From: Vairimorpha necatrix
Taxonomy: Eukaryota
Direction of reading: 5' to 3'
Length of the DNA: 64,000 nt
Assembly (NCBI GenBank): GCA_036630325.1
Contig: CP142735.1
Coordinates: 682,001 to 746,000 of the forward strand
Both the position numbers and the translations under genes were made by a program. Every line of letters begins with the position of its first letter. The stretch's first letter is position 1. Positions 62,653-64,000 of this stretch are shown in pieces. Under the pieces are notes generated by a model. That model saw nothing but the letters and a program-made list of their open reading frames with translations. It was not told the origin of the DNA and did no database searches.

Positions 62653-63522
62653 ATGAATTTATTATTAATTTTTATTCAATTTTTCATAAACATGTTATCT
62701 ATAATAAAAGCCGATGAATACATCGATGACCTATTAAGTTCAATGATTAATAAAAATTTAACTGAAGAAGTGACTTGTGCTTCATTAAAAAACAGTTTTA
62801 CTGATGAAGATATGTCTTTTGAAACTATTCGAGGCTATATTGTATTTTTTTGGGACACTATTATTAATCATGATATTTTTATAAATATGACAGAGAGCAA
62901 TAATTCAATATTTAGTTTTAGAGAATTGCGTAGTTTATTGAGAGATGCATATTTTAAGAAAATTAAAAGCGTATTTAGAAAAACTAAATGGAATCCTTAT
63001 TTATTAGATAATTTTTCATTTTCAGAAAAAAAATTTATATATGATATGGTAAACCTTACATTGGAATATTACAATATTCTACGTCTCTGTTATAAAGATA
63101 GAATTAATAATGCAAACTCAACTATGGATTGTGTTGAAGAAATAATTAGAGAAAATACATGCTTTATAAGGAATAATGAAACTGATCAATTCCCTACATT
63201 TGTTGTTAAAATGTGTACAGGGCAATTGTATCAGTACATAAGTTGTTATAAACATGATTGGATGGACTATGCCTTACAATATTTAAAACATAATCAGAAT
63301 CTATTATCAAAAGCTGAGTGTATTAATGATAATTATGATTTTAAAAAAATAACGTCAGAAATTACTAATGAACCTTTAAGTTATATTATGGAAGATAGAA
63401 GTTATTATAATGAAAGATATGCTTTTATAATTCTTTCGGGTTTAATCATTTGCTTAATATTAACTTTCATTGGATACATGTACCACAATAAGAAAAAAAG
63501 AACCAATAAAAATTTTATTTAA
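62653..63522 (+). CDS. Orphan type I membrane protein (signal peptide, Cys-containing ectodomain, C-terminal TM)
   Basis: CCCCAA-ATG start; hydrophobic N-terminus; AFIILSGLIICLILTFIGYMY followed by KKKR. Confidence 0.85.
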   Translation: MNLLLIFIQFFINMLSIIKADEYIDDLLSSMINKNLTEEVTCASLKNSFTDEDMSFETIRGYIVFFWDTIINHDIFINMTESNNSIFSFRELRSLLRDAYFKKIKSVFRKTKWNPYLLDNFSFSEKKFIYDMVNLTLEYYNILRLCYKDRINNANSTMDCVEEIIRENTCFIRNNETDQFPTFVVKMCTGQLYQYISCYKHDWMDYALQYLKHNQNLLSKAECINDNYDFKKITSEITNEPLSYIMEDRSYYNERYAFIILSGLIICLILTFIGYMYHNKKKRTNKNFI

Positions 63523-64000
63523 TAGTTATAAATTCACAGAGATCAAAATTAACCATAAAAAGTTGTTATATTTATAATAAGAATTATTAATAAGTATGAA
63601 TTTGTATATAATCAGAAAAAATAATCTTTAAATTTTTTTAGTTGACTAAATATCAACACATTTTTTATCAAATATAACAGAAACATGAAAAATTTACAAT
63701 ATAGTGTTATTAATCTACAAAAAATAACTTAAATCACTTTATCAAAAACTCAATACTTTTGAATTTGGAAGAGGGATTATTTTCACATAGGTTGTAAGTA
63801 TCAAAACTATAGATCTAAGTAAAAAAGGAGTTGATCCTAACCATCGAGTTTAAAGCTATGTTAATAAATAACATCGCAAATTTACATTATATGGTAAAAA
63901 ACAAAAAAAAAATTGAAGTTTTTTGCTTCTAAACAAAAAGATATCTCTTTACATAGATATACGAGGCTTTTGGCTAAAATAGATTTGTGTATGTAGGAAA

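Noticed and set aside
63961-64000. U2 snRNA-like GGCTTTTGGCTAA
   Set aside because: Lacks the following GATCAAGTGTAGTA branch-pairing region and is truncated by the window end.

Overview
This is an AT-rich eukaryotic region, most likely microsporidian (Nosema/Vairimorpha-like). That assignment is an inference from the short intron-less genes, the CCC motif just upstream of most ATGs, and the ABCG paralogues. Much of the window is nested, mostly decayed transposable elements: three ~3.1-3.3 kb Ty3/gypsy elements with very short (49-56 bp) LTRs and 5-bp TSDs; several RLE-type (R2/R4-like) non-LTR fragments; a MULE remnant; two integrase-only TGT...ACA (Ginger2/TDD-like) DNA transposons; a tandem pair of non-autonomous Helitrons; several Merlin/ISXO2 elements; a Tc1/IS630 element plus a deletion derivative; a pogo-like MITE; and four copies of a ~800-bp tRNA-headed, poly(A)-tailed SINE-like element. 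Host genes are two ABCG half-transporters, a TFIIB-like zinc-ribbon protein, a Noc4-like protein (plus a decayed copy), ribose-5-phosphate isomerase, URM1, tRNA-Gly(CCC), tRNA-Ser(GCT) and three secreted or membrane orphan proteins. Three observations stand out. (i) Two diverged gypsy elements lack both the aspartic protease and a normal capsid-length Gag, yet have intact LTR/TSD structure and share a conserved out-of-frame start at the LTR/PBS junction. (ii) The long SINE family has a conserved, GC-richer body. (iii) One Ginger-like element carries a Pol III box A/box B promoter aimed through a 33-bp repeat array at its own end. All calls are by eye; no database searches were run.
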